Origin: Clostridiales bacterium
Lineage (GTDB): Bacteria; Bacillota; Clostridia; Peptostreptococcales; Acidaminobacteraceae
NCBI GenBank assembly: GCA_030446305.1
Contig: JASUSA010000007.1
Location: forward strand, 1,538 to 65,537
DNA length: 64,000 nt
Direction of reading: 5' to 3'
Part shown: piece by piece, positions 18,712 to 27,469 of the stretch
Position numbering within the stretch: position 1 is the first letter of the stretch
Layout of the letters: each line of letters begins with the position of its first letter
Made by a program: the position numbers and the translations under genes
The notes under the pieces: model-generated
What the model was told of the DNA's origin: nothing
What the model saw: only the letters and a program-made list of their open reading frames with translations
The model's database searches: none

Positions 18712-18813
18712 TGGATGCTTTAATATGAACATCACATTCAGCGCACTTTAACCATTAAAGCATGCAATCGTACATACCACTTTGCTTTAGGAATCTAAAA
18801 ATAAGTCATTTCC

Positions 18814-19551
18814 TTAGAGCACCTGTGAAAGAAACTCAATGGCACGCGGATTCTTCGTATGGTTAAAGACGTCATCCGGCGTACCCTTTTCCGCAATAAC
18901 ACCATCGTACATAAACCAGACGCGATCGCTGACTTCTCTCGCAAAACCCATTTCGTGGGTAACGATTACCGTTGTCATCCCGGTGATGGCCAGCGACTTA
19001 ATAACTTCCAGCACACCTTTAACCATTTCCGGATCAAGGGCGCTTGTCGGTTCATCAAAAAGCAGTACCTTCGGATCCATCGCCATCGCTCTGACAATGG
19101 CTAAACGCTGTTTCTGTCCGCCTGAGAGCTTACGAGGATATTCATAAACTTTGTCGCCGAGGCCTACGCGTTCTAATAGCCCAATCGCCTTTTCCTCCGC
19201 CGCTGCTTTTGTCATCAATTTATTTAAGATTGGCGCCAATGTAATGTTTTCCAAGACATTGAGATGCGGAAATACGTTAAAATGCTGAAATACCATGCCC
19301 ATTTTGCGTCTGTGCAGCGTTGGGTCCACTTTTTTATCAAGGATATTCACGCCCTCAAAGATCACTTGACCCTGAGTTGGCGTTTCCAGCAGGTTCATGC
19401 ATCGGAGCAATGTACTCTTACCGCAACCGCTGGGGCCGATGATTGAAATGACTTCTTTTTCTTTAATCGTTTCGTTAATGCCCTTTAAAACTTCCAGATC
19501 GCCAAAATATTTATGAAGATCCACCAGTTGGATCAGTGCTTGATCAGTCAT
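18814..19551 (-). CDS. Amino-acid ABC transporter ATP-binding protein (GlnQ/polar amino acid type)
   Basis: Walker [10 protein letters not shown], signature LSGGQKQR, Walker [12 protein letters not shown]. Confidence 0.92.
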   Translation of the reverse strand: MTDQALIQLVDLHKYFGDLEVLKGINETIKEKEVISIIGPSGCGKSTLLRCMNLLETPTQGQVIFEGVNILDKKVDPTLHRRKMGMVFQHFNVFPHLNVLENITLAPILNKLMTKAAAEEKAIGLLERVGLGDKVYEYPRKLSGGQKQRLAIVRAMAMDPKVLLFDEPTSALDPEMVKGVLEVIKSLAITGMTTVIVTHEMGFAREVSDRVWFMYDGVIAEKGTPDDVFNHTKNPRAIEFLSQVL

Positions 19552-20203
19552 TCGCTTTCATCCTCCTTTCAAAGACTTTCATAATGTTTGAAAGTGTCAG
19601 TGTAATAAAGAGGTAAATCAGCCCTACGATGATGAGCGGTTCAAGTGCCAAAAAAGTATTTGACTGCACTGTTTTAAAAGCGGTCATCAATTCGCCGACA
19701 AAGAAAACGGACGCAAGAGCCGTTTCCTTAATCATGACGACAAATTCATTGCCGAGTGCGGGCAGAATATTCTTCACAGCCTGCGGCAAAATAACTTTTT
19801 TCATTATATTGGCTTCTGTAAGGCCTAAGCTTAGTGCAGCTTCGCGCTGACCGGGGTCAACAGCCTGTATGCCTGCACGAATCGTCTCTGCCACATAGGC
19901 ACTCGAATTGACGCATAATGCAACCAGCGCACATGCCAGATTGGAAATCGTCGGAAAGAGATAAGGCAGTCCCAGCCAAAACAGGTAAAATTGCAAGAGC
20001 ATCGGCGTGCCTCTGATAATCTCAATATAAATGGCGGCAATACTGCTGATGCCCTTTCGCTTTGACATTCTGACCAATGCGATTAACGTGCCAAAAACCG
20101 TACCAATCGCAATTGCCACGAGGGCAATCCAAAACGTATTCCAAAGGCCTTCCAGAAAAATCATCCAGTACTTGCCCCATATACGAACAATATTCGCGAT
20201 CAT
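19544..20203 (-). CDS. Amino-acid ABC transporter permease (HisM/GlnP type)
   Basis: Five TM helices and an EAA-like loop ([10 protein letters not shown]). Overlaps the ATPase start by 8 nt. Confidence 0.9.
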   Translation of the reverse strand: MIANIVRIWGKYWMIFLEGLWNTFWIALVAIAIGTVFGTLIALVRMSKRKGISSIAAIYIEIIRGTPMLLQFYLFWLGLPYLFPTISNLACALVALCVNSSAYVAETIRAGIQAVDPGQREAALSLGLTEANIMKKVILPQAVKNILPALGNEFVVMIKETALASVFFVGELMTAFKTVQSNTFLALEPLIIVGLIYLFITLTLSNIMKVFERRMKAND

Positions 20204-20246
20204 GTTACGTTCCTCCTAAAATCATTTTCTGAAATGCTGCCCATGA

Positions 20247-21137
20247 TTATTCGTCAAGTGCTTTAGCTTGTTCTGTTGCTTCATCCCACCATTTGACATA
20301 GAGCCCTTGCGATCTAACATCTGCAATAATGCGGTTCACTTCCGCAATAAGCTCTGTTTCGCCTTTTGGCACTGCTACAACGGTTTTATCTTTTGTATCT
20401 TCAAAGAGTGGTGTGCCCATTGAAAGGTCTTCATTTGCGTCAACAAAGAGTTCGCCGTTGTCATAAGAGACAGCAACTGCATCTACTTTGCCTGATTGAA
20501 GTGCCAAGATTGCATTTTGAACGCTGTCAAAAGGCTGACCTTGTACATCCTGAATTTGAGCATTTGTATACATTTCCTGAAGTGATCCCTTTTGGAAGGC
20601 TATGCGCTTGCCGTAAAGCGATTCTAAAGTTGGATATGTCTCTACGTTTTCTTTTTTCACGACAAAGCCGTGGAAGGATTCAATATCATTGTATGAATCA
20701 CTAAGCGTCATCGCTTCTGCACGTTCTTCTGTATACCCCATGCCCGAAATCGCCATTTGGTATTTGCCTGTTGAAATCCCCGTTAATACCGCCGTCCATT
20801 CGAGTGGAATAATTTCCAGTTCAACGCCTAAGTCATTGGCAATATAACGCGCGAGTTCCATATCGGCACCCTTGTATTGCTCCTGACCAGAAAGACTGCT
20901 GTCAATAAATTCGTATGGTGCAAAATAAGGTTCGCAAATTACTTGGAGTTTGCCGTCTGCTTTGATTTTTTCAAGCAGATTAGCAGGTTCAGCCGTCGCT
21001 GTACTGCTGCTGGCCGCTGCACTGTTTGAATCAGCCGGTGCCTCTGCCGCTTTGCTGCTGCAGCCTGTAAAAGCCGCCAAAATCATGGCCATTGCCAGTG
21101 TGACGCCTAAAAGGCGTTTTAAAGATTTGTTTTTCAT
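20247..21137 (-). CDS. Amino-acid ABC transporter substrate-binding lipoprotein (family 3 SBP)
   Basis: Lipobox LAAFTGC, a Ser/Ala-rich linker, then a periplasmic-binding-protein type II fold pattern. Confidence 0.88.
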   Translation of the reverse strand: MKNKSLKRLLGVTLAMAMILAAFTGCSSKAAEAPADSNSAAASSSTATAEPANLLEKIKADGKLQVICEPYFAPYEFIDSSLSGQEQYKGADMELARYIANDLGVELEIIPLEWTAVLTGISTGKYQMAISGMGYTEERAEAMTLSDSYNDIESFHGFVVKKENVETYPTLESLYGKRIAFQKGSLQEMYTNAQIQDVQGQPFDSVQNAILALQSGKVDAVAVSYDNGELFVDANEDLSMGTPLFEDTKDKTVVAVPKGETELIAEVNRIIADVRSQGLYVKWWDEATEQAKALDE

Positions 21138-21342
21138 GTAAATACTCCCTTTCTCCCTGTTCTCTGTTTCATTTTTATTGTAATGATGCTCAATAACGCT
21201 TTATTTAAATGTTATTGCTTCTATGAATATTACTTTTAACCACTAATGGCTTGACCGAAACCATCTTTTATTCAGATTGTCTTCAATGCTATTGGTCTTT
21301 TCACTTTTTATTCTGCTTCTGCTACCCTTAAATATCTAATCG

Positions 21343-22542
21343 TTAGCGTATCGATTGTTTAATTTTTGCTCGAAACGCTTCGTCACAGTAAACGTCAATC
21401 GCCGTTGCAGCCATTGCTTTTGCGCCTTTGTGCAGCAGATCATAGGCAAAAGGCGAATTCACAATGTCTAAGTAAGCCACATCATGAGGCTGGGCATCTG
21501 TTATGGCAGAAGTTCCCAAATAGCCATAAGATGTAGGACAGGCATAGGAGACATTGCCGATATCCGTGCTGCCTGAATGATAGATATCTTCTGTGACAAA
21601 TCCTTCGACACCCTGCGCGATCATATTATTTTTTAACTTTTCCTGCAGTTCGGGAATAACTTTATAATCATAAAATGTATTTTGTGCTCTTCGCCATATA
21701 AGTTTGGCACCGGTCATCAGTTCAGCGCCTTTGGCACAGTTTACAACGCGTTCAACGACATTTTCCAGATAGTCCTTATCTGCAGCGCGAACAAACAGCT
21801 GCATGCTGCATTGATCCGGCACCGTATTGCAGGCGGCACCGCCCTCTTTAATAATGCCGTGAATTCTCACATCTGATGAAACGTGCTGACGAAGCGCATT
21901 CACACCTGCAAACGTCAAGTTGCAGGCATCCAGTGCATTGATACCGTCTTCCGGCCGAGACGATGCATGTACCGCCTTGCCGATAAATTCAAAAGTGACA
22001 TCGGTACAGGCGAGCGCCACGCAGTCTACGGCATTATAGCTGCTGAGATGCAATTGGAATGCCGCATCTAAATCATCAAAACCACCGGCATTCATAATGT
22101 CAATTTTACGGCCATCGGTTTCTTCTGCAGGCGTGCCGATAAAGACAATTTTGCCTTTAAAATGTTCTTTTACTTTCTGGAGTGCTGCACAAGCTGCAAA
22201 TGTGCTCCCTGCAATCCAGTTATGGCCGCAGGCGTGGCCGTTTTCATTTTTTAATGCCCCATAACCGGGCAAAGCATCATACTCAGCCAAAAAAGCTACT
22301 TTAGGGCCTTCATCATCCCCAAATTCACATCTAAAAGCAGTTTCAACGCCGCAATAAGGCATGGTGACGCTAAAGCCAAGTTTTGCCATCTCGTCAGTTA
22401 AATACTTTGCAGAAAAAAACTCCTGATCTCCCAATTCGGGATTTTTAAAAATCGTATCGCAGACATTTTCACCAAGTGCTGCGACTTCATCCTCTGCTTG
22501 ATACAGCAATGTTTTTAATGTTTCAATTGTCAATTCGCTCAA
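21343..22542 (-). CDS. M20-family amidohydrolase / peptidase (AbgB/aminoacylase-like)
   Basis: The metal-ligand context HACGHN and the GTPAEE motif. TTG start at 22542 behind AGGAAAGG (the track ORF extends to 22620 across the promoter repeats). First gene of the ABC operon. Confidence 0.85.
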   Translation of the reverse strand: MSELTIETLKTLLYQAEDEVAALGENVCDTIFKNPELGDQEFFSAKYLTDEMAKLGFSVTMPYCGVETAFRCEFGDDEGPKVAFLAEYDALPGYGALKNENGHACGHNWIAGSTFAACAALQKVKEHFKGKIVFIGTPAEETDGRKIDIMNAGGFDDLDAAFQLHLSSYNAVDCVALACTDVTFEFIGKAVHASSRPEDGINALDACNLTFAGVNALRQHVSSDVRIHGIIKEGGAACNTVPDQCSMQLFVRAADKDYLENVVERVVNCAKGAELMTGAKLIWRRAQNTFYDYKVIPELQEKLKNNMIAQGVEGFVTEDIYHSGSTDIGNVSYACPTSYGYLGTSAITDAQPHDVAYLDIVNSPFAYDLLHKGAKAMAATAIDVYCDEAFRAKIKQSIR

Positions 22543-22580
22543 CCGCCTTTCCTGAAAATGCTCACATCTGCCCCATTCAC

Positions 22581-22619
22581 GGTATATTAAGATACACAAC
22601 GGGTATATTAAGATACACA
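22581..22619 (-). promoter_or_regulatory. Perfectly duplicated 18-bp near-palindromic site (putative operator/promoter element) upstream of the M20-ABC operon
   Basis: GGTATATTAAGATACACA occurs at 22581-22598 and again at 22602-22619 (21-bp period), 39 nt upstream of the TTG start. Each copy contains the imperfect palindrome GTATCTTAATATAC and a TAATAT -10-like hexamer. Confidence 0.5.
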
Positions 22620-22718
22620 TTTGAAACAGATAGAATTTTCGCCTTGCGAAAAAAGTACATATTGTGATGATCGGATCAAAATTTGAATGATGTCATTTCT
22701 CCGTCTATTGAAAATAAT

Positions 22719-22756
22719 TAAATAAAAAAAGATTGCATCCACGTGATTACAATCTT
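22719..22756 (-). terminator. Orphan intrinsic terminator inside the gene-free gap
   Basis: On the minus strand, AAGATTG-14 nt-CAATCTT is followed by TTTTTTTATT. No annotated gene lies directly upstream. Confidence 0.55.
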
Positions 22757-23110
22757 ATGAATAGTGCCTATAATGATCTACAACAAGTTGAATGCTCCAA
22801 TAAGACTGATTAAATCGCTTGATTTATTACAGGCACGTCATTGTGTCATATTTTTTGAACAACGCATTTACTTGGGTATTATAACATATTTTTCACCTTA
22901 CGCCATCCCACTTTAGCGAATCTTTCGAGTAAATATTTGATTGCACTAATTTTAATACATGTTTGACGATTTGTTCATATTCTCTCTTTTTTGATATTTA
23001 CATCTTTTTTAACGCATTTGCAATGCATCAGCCAGCGCTCACTAGAATACCTTGTATATCTATACACAACGCTCTGGGATGATGACCAAATGATGCCGTC
23101 AGATCTTTGT

Positions 23111-23156
23111 CATCTTCGTCATCTTCGTCACCTTCATCACCTTCATCACCTTCATC
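23111..23156. repeat. 9-bp tandem repeat (5 units), remnant of an acidic (DEG/DED)n coding repeat
   Basis: The plus strand reads CATCTTCGT x2 then CACCTTCAT x3. The minus strand reads DEGDEGDEGDEDDEDD, but that frame lacks a start codon. Confidence 0.8.
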
Positions 23157-23174
23157 TGCAGCGGGGGATTTCAG

Positions 23175-23204
23175 TAAAAATAGGGATCGTTCAATCCCTT
23201 TTAT
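23175..23204. terminator. Second (bidirectional) hairpin terminator
   Basis: AGGGAT-CGTTCA-ATCCCT flanked by AAAAAT and TTTTAT. Confidence 0.5.
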
Positions 23205-23211
23205 GATTAAT

Positions 23212-23243
23212 CACAAAACGGACACCGCCTTCGCAGTGTCCGC
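23212..23243 (-). terminator. Intrinsic terminator of the ACT/UPF0210/73-aa operon
   Basis: On the minus strand, CGGACAC-TGCGAAGGCG-GTGTCCG is followed by TTTTGTG. Confidence 0.75.
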
Positions 23244-23350
23244 TATAGTTGTTCTATTAAATTCGCGCAACAGTTTATCTGACATTGAGTCTTTCGCTGG
23301 CATTTATGCCATTTGCACTCAATTTTCAGAGCAGTTATCGTATGATTGTA

Positions 23351-23572
23351 TTATGAACGTTTTAATTCTGAAGCCCTTAAAACTTTTTCAACAATGATCT
23401 GTTGATCTTCCCAAAACAATATAATGGCCATCGTTTCTGTTACAAGCAAACAGGCTTCATCTGATTCTGTATCAATCTGATCGATATTGTCAGCAATTGT
23501 TTGAAAAATTTCCTCCGGTGTAAAAGGCAACGCTTCATCTTGATTTAATTTAATCTTAATTTCATCAGCCAT
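23351..23572 (-). CDS. Hypothetical small acidic protein (73 aa)
   Basis: GAGGAGGGAG RBS. Last gene before the terminator, 67 nt downstream of UPF0210. No motif recognised. Confidence 0.6.
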   Translation of the reverse strand: MADEIKIKLNQDEALPFTPEEIFQTIADNIDQIDTESDEACLLVTETMAIILFWEDQQIIVEKVLRASELKRS

Positions 23573-23639
23573 ATGTCATTCTCCCTCCTCGTTTATTTTA
23601 CCTTAAATTATGCAAAGATAAAAGGGGGGCGCCTGTACA

Positions 23640-25001
23640 TTAGTTTTTAAAGCTATGAACCGGCGCAGGGATACGCCCGCCGCGCGCGACAAATGCGGTA
23701 TTGTCCGTTTGATTGACGCGCATAATTGGCGCATAGCCCAACAGACCGCCGAAACTAACCATTTCACCGACATCTTTGCCATGAACGGGAATAATGCGCA
23801 CTGCAGTCGTCTTGTGATTGATAACGCCAATGGCAGCTTCATCTGCAATCATGCCCGAAATAACAGAGGCTGAAACATCGCCTGGGATCGCAATCATATC
23901 AAGACCTACAGAGCAAACACAGGTCATCGCCTCTAATTTTTCGAGGTTTAGTGCACCCGCTTTAACAGCTGCAATCATGCCTTCATCTTCACTCACCGGA
24001 ATAAAAGCACCACTAAGGCCTCCAACGTGAGAGGATGCCATAATACCACCTTTTTTAACAGCATCGTTAAGCAGTGCCAATGCCGCCGTCGTACCATAGC
24101 CGCCACAGATGTCAATCCCCATGGATTCGATAATGCGCGCAACGCTGTCGCCGATTTCAGGCGTTGGCGCCAGCGATAAATCGACAATGCCAAACGGAAC
24201 GTTTAATCGTTTTGCCGCTTCATTGGCAACGAGCTGCCCTGCACGCGTTATTTTAAAAGCTGACTTTTTAATCGCTTCGCTGATCTCGTCAAAAGTCGCA
24301 TTTTCAAGTCCCCTCAATGCTGAATTTACAACACCAGGGCCACTGACGCCTACGTTGATGACAATATCCTCTTCGCCTGCTCCGTGGAAAGCACCGGCCA
24401 TAAAAGGATTGTCTTCAACGGCATTGGCAAAGACCACGAGCTTTGCGCAGCCGATACTGCTGTTGTCACGTGTCAAATAAGCCGTTTCTTTGATAATCTC
24501 ACCCATTCGCTTAACTGCATTCATATTGATCCCCGATCGCGTCGACCCGACGTTCACCGATGAACAAACGCGTTCCGTCACGGTTAATGCTTCAGGTATT
24601 GAATCGATCAATATCCGATCGCCCTTCGTAAAGCCCTTTTGAACCAGTGCAGAAAAACCGCCGATAAAGTTGACACCCACCGCTTTAGCTGCGGCATCAA
24701 GCGTCTTGGCATAAGCAACGTAGTCTTTGTCATCACTCGCTCCGGCAATCATGGCAATCGGCGTTACAGAAATCCGTTTGTTGATAATGGGAATGCCGTA
24801 TTCACCTGCGATTTCATCACCGATTTTAACGAGATCCTTTGCGTAATGGGTAATTTTATGATAAATCTTTTCACGTGCTTTTTCACCATCTGAATCAATA
24901 CAGTCGAGCAGTGAGATTCCCATGGTAATCGTACGAATATCCAGTTTTTCTTCATTGATCATTTTAATCGTCTCAATGATATTCCATTTGTAATCTTCCA
25001 T
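23640..25001 (-). CDS. UPF0210 / DUF711 family protein (conserved, function unknown)
   Basis: About 450 aa. The N-terminus ([25 protein letters not shown]) and overall composition match the UPF0210 family that pairs with a small ACT protein in Firmicutes, from memory. Confidence 0.8.
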   Translation of the reverse strand: MEDYKWNIIETIKMINEEKLDIRTITMGISLLDCIDSDGEKAREKIYHKITHYAKDLVKIGDEIAGEYGIPIINKRISVTPIAMIAGASDDKDYVAYAKTLDAAAKAVGVNFIGGFSALVQKGFTKGDRILIDSIPEALTVTERVCSSVNVGSTRSGINMNAVKRMGEIIKETAYLTRDNSSIGCAKLVVFANAVEDNPFMAGAFHGAGEEDIVINVGVSGPGVVNSALRGLENATFDEISEAIKKSAFKITRAGQLVANEAAKRLNVPFGIVDLSLAPTPEIGDSVARIIESMGIDICGGYGTTAALALLNDAVKKGGIMASSHVGGLSGAFIPVSEDEGMIAAVKAGALNLEKLEAMTCVCSVGLDMIAIPGDVSASVISGMIADEAAIGVINHKTTAVRIIPVHGKDVGEMVSFGGLLGYAPIMRVNQTDNTAFVARGGRIPAPVHSFKN

Positions 25002-25015
25002 TTTACCGCCCCTCT

Positions 25016-25285
25016 CTAAATTCTATGCATTGCATCAAAAATCGCTTCGTGTTGAACGCGAATCTCAAGCCCCATTTGCTCGCCCAATGCATTGAGCTTT
25101 TTTTGTAAAACAGAAATGTCATAGCCTTCATTTGGCAGTTGTGTCACCATGATCATGGTAAAATAGTCTTGCAATATCGTTTGGCTGATATCGGAAATAT
25201 TAATGCGCTCCTCAGCTAAAACAGCAGACACATTGGCAATAATCCCCACCTTGTCCTGACCGATTACGGTAATAATAGTTTTCAT
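25016..25285 (-). CDS. ACT-domain protein, UPF0237 family
   Basis: 89 aa. [36 protein letters not shown] is the classic ACT beta-alpha-beta start. It lies 14 nt upstream of UPF0210. Confidence 0.85.
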   Translation of the reverse strand: MKTIITVIGQDKVGIIANVSAVLAEERINISDISQTILQDYFTMIMVTQLPNEGYDISVLQKKLNALGEQMGLEIRVQHEAIFDAMHRI

Positions 25286-25388
25286 CTTGATACCCCTTTC
25301 AAAAATATAACGCAGTGCGTTTCATTAAAACCATCAAAAATGACTTCGCTTTATTTGAAATCTATCGGTTTCATTTAAAGTCTTTCCT

Positions 25389-25597
25389 TAAAACAAAAAT
25401 AGAGACCCCTCAGGTCTCTAAACGCGCAAATCAACTGACGTGGCAAGCATACCACATCGTTAATCACTGTCCTTTGTACCTGAGAGTTTCACAAGCGCAT
25501 GCCTGCTTTCCCCTTCGGTGTCCATAAATTATGAATCTCTCCAGAGTCTTGTCCATGTCCGGTCACGCGATGGCTTCCGAGCACTTCATCCAACTGT
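25389..25597 (-). promoter_or_regulatory. Glycine riboswitch (gcvT-type aptamer) with intrinsic-terminator expression platform
   Basis: The minus strand carries CTCTGGAGAG (25546-25537), CACCGAAGGGG (25520-25510) and CTCTCAGGTACAAAGGACAG (25486-25467), in the order and spacing of the glycine aptamer core. AGAGACC-TGAGG-GGTCTCT plus ATTTTTGTTTT follows (25419-25389). A TGTTATAAT extended -10 lies at 25611-25603. Confidence 0.85.
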
Positions 25598-25812
25598 ATT
25601 AAATTATAACAATTTTACACGCTTTTATTCTATATGACAAGGTTTTTTATTTAATACATATTTCCTATCCTTCCTTCAATAACCTTCTCATCGGTTCCAA
25701 TTTGAACGTTGTGCGTATTGCTGAATAATATTTAAATGATGCAATCATTTTACACGCCTATGTAAAGTCGGCATCGGTTAAGATGCCCTACTTCTATTCA
25801 CCATGCTGTTTT

Positions 25813-26418
25813 TTACTTTTTAAAAATGCCCAGCGGTTTGCCTACCGGCAGAAAAACACGTCCAAATGTATTGTTCATAACATTTGCCGCAGAACCGTAG
25901 AAGCCCACAAGTGCAATTAAAAATTCTGACCACGCCGCAAGTTCATGCCCCGCTTCAATGCCCCAGATCGTACTTAAGCTAAGGCCTAAAAACAGAAAGT
26001 CAATTAAAATAAAGATGACCATGAGCACTTTATTGGTCTCAAGCGATGCAATCGTCATATAGACCGAAAAAATCAAATACCCCAAAAAGGCGATGCCCAA
26101 TTGCTTAACATCCGCACCAGCCTTCATCGCTTCCCCAAATACACCGTTTGAAATCATCCACGTCATCGCGACAGAGAACCAGAAAAGTGCATAACCGCCA
26201 AAGGCAGTTGCACCGAAGACATTTCCCTTTTTTGCATCGTTGACACATGCGTAAACTTGTGCCAGTGCACCGAGAAAAATTGCCCACGGAATGATGAATG
26301 ACGTGCCTGACGTCCAGCCTAATTTTTGTGACGAGGCCACAAAAGTGACCATTGCCAAGCCAAATAAGCCTAGTGCCGAAGGATCGGCAGTGTAAATTTT
26401 AGTTTCGTTTTGATTCAA
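25813..26418 (-). CDS. GPR1/FUN34/YaaH (SatP) family acetate/succinate channel
   Basis: The N-terminal signature ADPSALGLFGLAMVTF (NPAPLGL-like) and six TM helices. AGGGAGGG RBS before TTG 26418. Confidence 0.85.
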   Translation of the reverse strand: MNQNETKIYTADPSALGLFGLAMVTFVASSQKLGWTSGTSFIIPWAIFLGALAQVYACVNDAKKGNVFGATAFGGYALFWFSVAMTWMISNGVFGEAMKAGADVKQLGIAFLGYLIFSVYMTIASLETNKVLMVIFILIDFLFLGLSLSTIWGIEAGHELAAWSEFLIALVGFYGSAANVMNNTFGRVFLPVGKPLGIFKK

Positions 26419-26609
26419 GAAATTACCCTCCCTAACATACATTTTCATTAGCCCAGCCTAGATTACCATACCGATGTTAAAAAATCAACAAAGATTTTTG
26501 CGTTTTGTAAACTTAGGTTTACGCTTTTATCAGTACTTTACTTTTTGATGTAAAACGCGTATAGTGTGTATAACCCAAAAATAGTCGAATGAAGAAAGAG
26601 GTGATAGGC

Positions 26610-27347
26610 ATGCAAGTTGCAGCATTTTTAGATATTGACGGCACCCTTTATCGCAATTCGTTGATGATAGAACATTTTAAAAAATTGGTTAAGTATGAAG
26701 TCGTTGATCCCGGCGTTTGGCATACAAGCGTCAAAGCTGCCTATGTCGAATGGCGCAGACGCGTCGGTGAATACGAGGATTACATGCTGGAACTCGTCGA
26801 TATTTATTATGAGGCGCTAAAGGGCAGGCGCGCAGCTGATCTCGAATTTATTTCCAACCAAGTCATCAATCTCAATGGCGATATCGTCTATAAATATACG
26901 CGCAATCAAATTCTCTGGCATAAACAGCAGGGGCATAAGGTCTTTTTTATCTCCGGCAGTCCGGATTTTCTGGTCGGCAAAATGGCGCAAAAATATGAAA
27001 TTGACGGCTTTAGAGGAACGGGATACGTTACAGATGAAAGCGGACGTTATACAGGCGAAGTCATTCCCATGTGGGATTCTGACAGCAAGAACAAGGCAAT
27101 TGACGAACTGACACAAGCTTACAATATAGATTTAAGCCAAAGTTATGCCTATGGCGATACCAACGGCGATTACGCAATGCTTTTAAAAGTGGGAAATCCT
27201 GTTGCAATCAATCCGACAAACGAATTACTGCAAAATATTAAATCGCATCCCATTCTCTCAGAGAGGGCGACAATCATTGTGGAACGCAAAGATATTATCT
27301 ATCGGCTGACGCCTCAAGTAACCACGCTCCCCGGAGAACTAAAATAG
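26610..27347 (+). CDS. HAD-IB family hydrolase (SerB-like phosphatase)
   Basis: Motif I FLDIDGTL, motif II ISGSP, motif III/IV K...GDTNGD. GAGGTG RBS before ATG 26610. Confidence 0.85.
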   Translation: MQVAAFLDIDGTLYRNSLMIEHFKKLVKYEVVDPGVWHTSVKAAYVEWRRRVGEYEDYMLELVDIYYEALKGRRAADLEFISNQVINLNGDIVYKYTRNQILWHKQQGHKVFFISGSPDFLVGKMAQKYEIDGFRGTGYVTDESGRYTGEVIPMWDSDSKNKAIDELTQAYNIDLSQSYAYGDTNGDYAMLLKVGNPVAINPTNELLQNIKSHPILSERATIIVERKDIIYRLTPQVTTLPGELK

Positions 27348-27383
27348 CCGTTAAAACGTATGGCGGCACAGCATTTTTCATAC

Positions 27384-27414
27384 AAAAAAATCCCTCACAA
27401 TGAGGGATTTTTTA
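27384..27414. terminator. Bidirectional intrinsic terminator
   Basis: AAAAAAA-TCCCTCA-CAA-TGAGGGA-TTTTTT. Confidence 0.85.
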
Positions 27415-27469
27415 ATCATTTTTTTTAATTTATCAATCCGGTAAGTGAGGTTCAATTTAGGAAATTGCC

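Noticed and set aside
23107-23163. Minus-strand mini-ORF MKVMKVMKVTKMTKMTKI in the 9-bp repeat
   Set aside because: It has no Shine-Dalgarno sequence and is just another frame of the repeat. It is not distinguishable from chance.
23107-23397. 96-aa plus-strand ORF starting MSSSSSSSPSSPSS, and 71-aa ORF 22991..23206
   Set aside because: They are low-complexity products of the 9-bp repeat, run through two terminator hairpins and into the converging 73-aa gene, and have no RBS.
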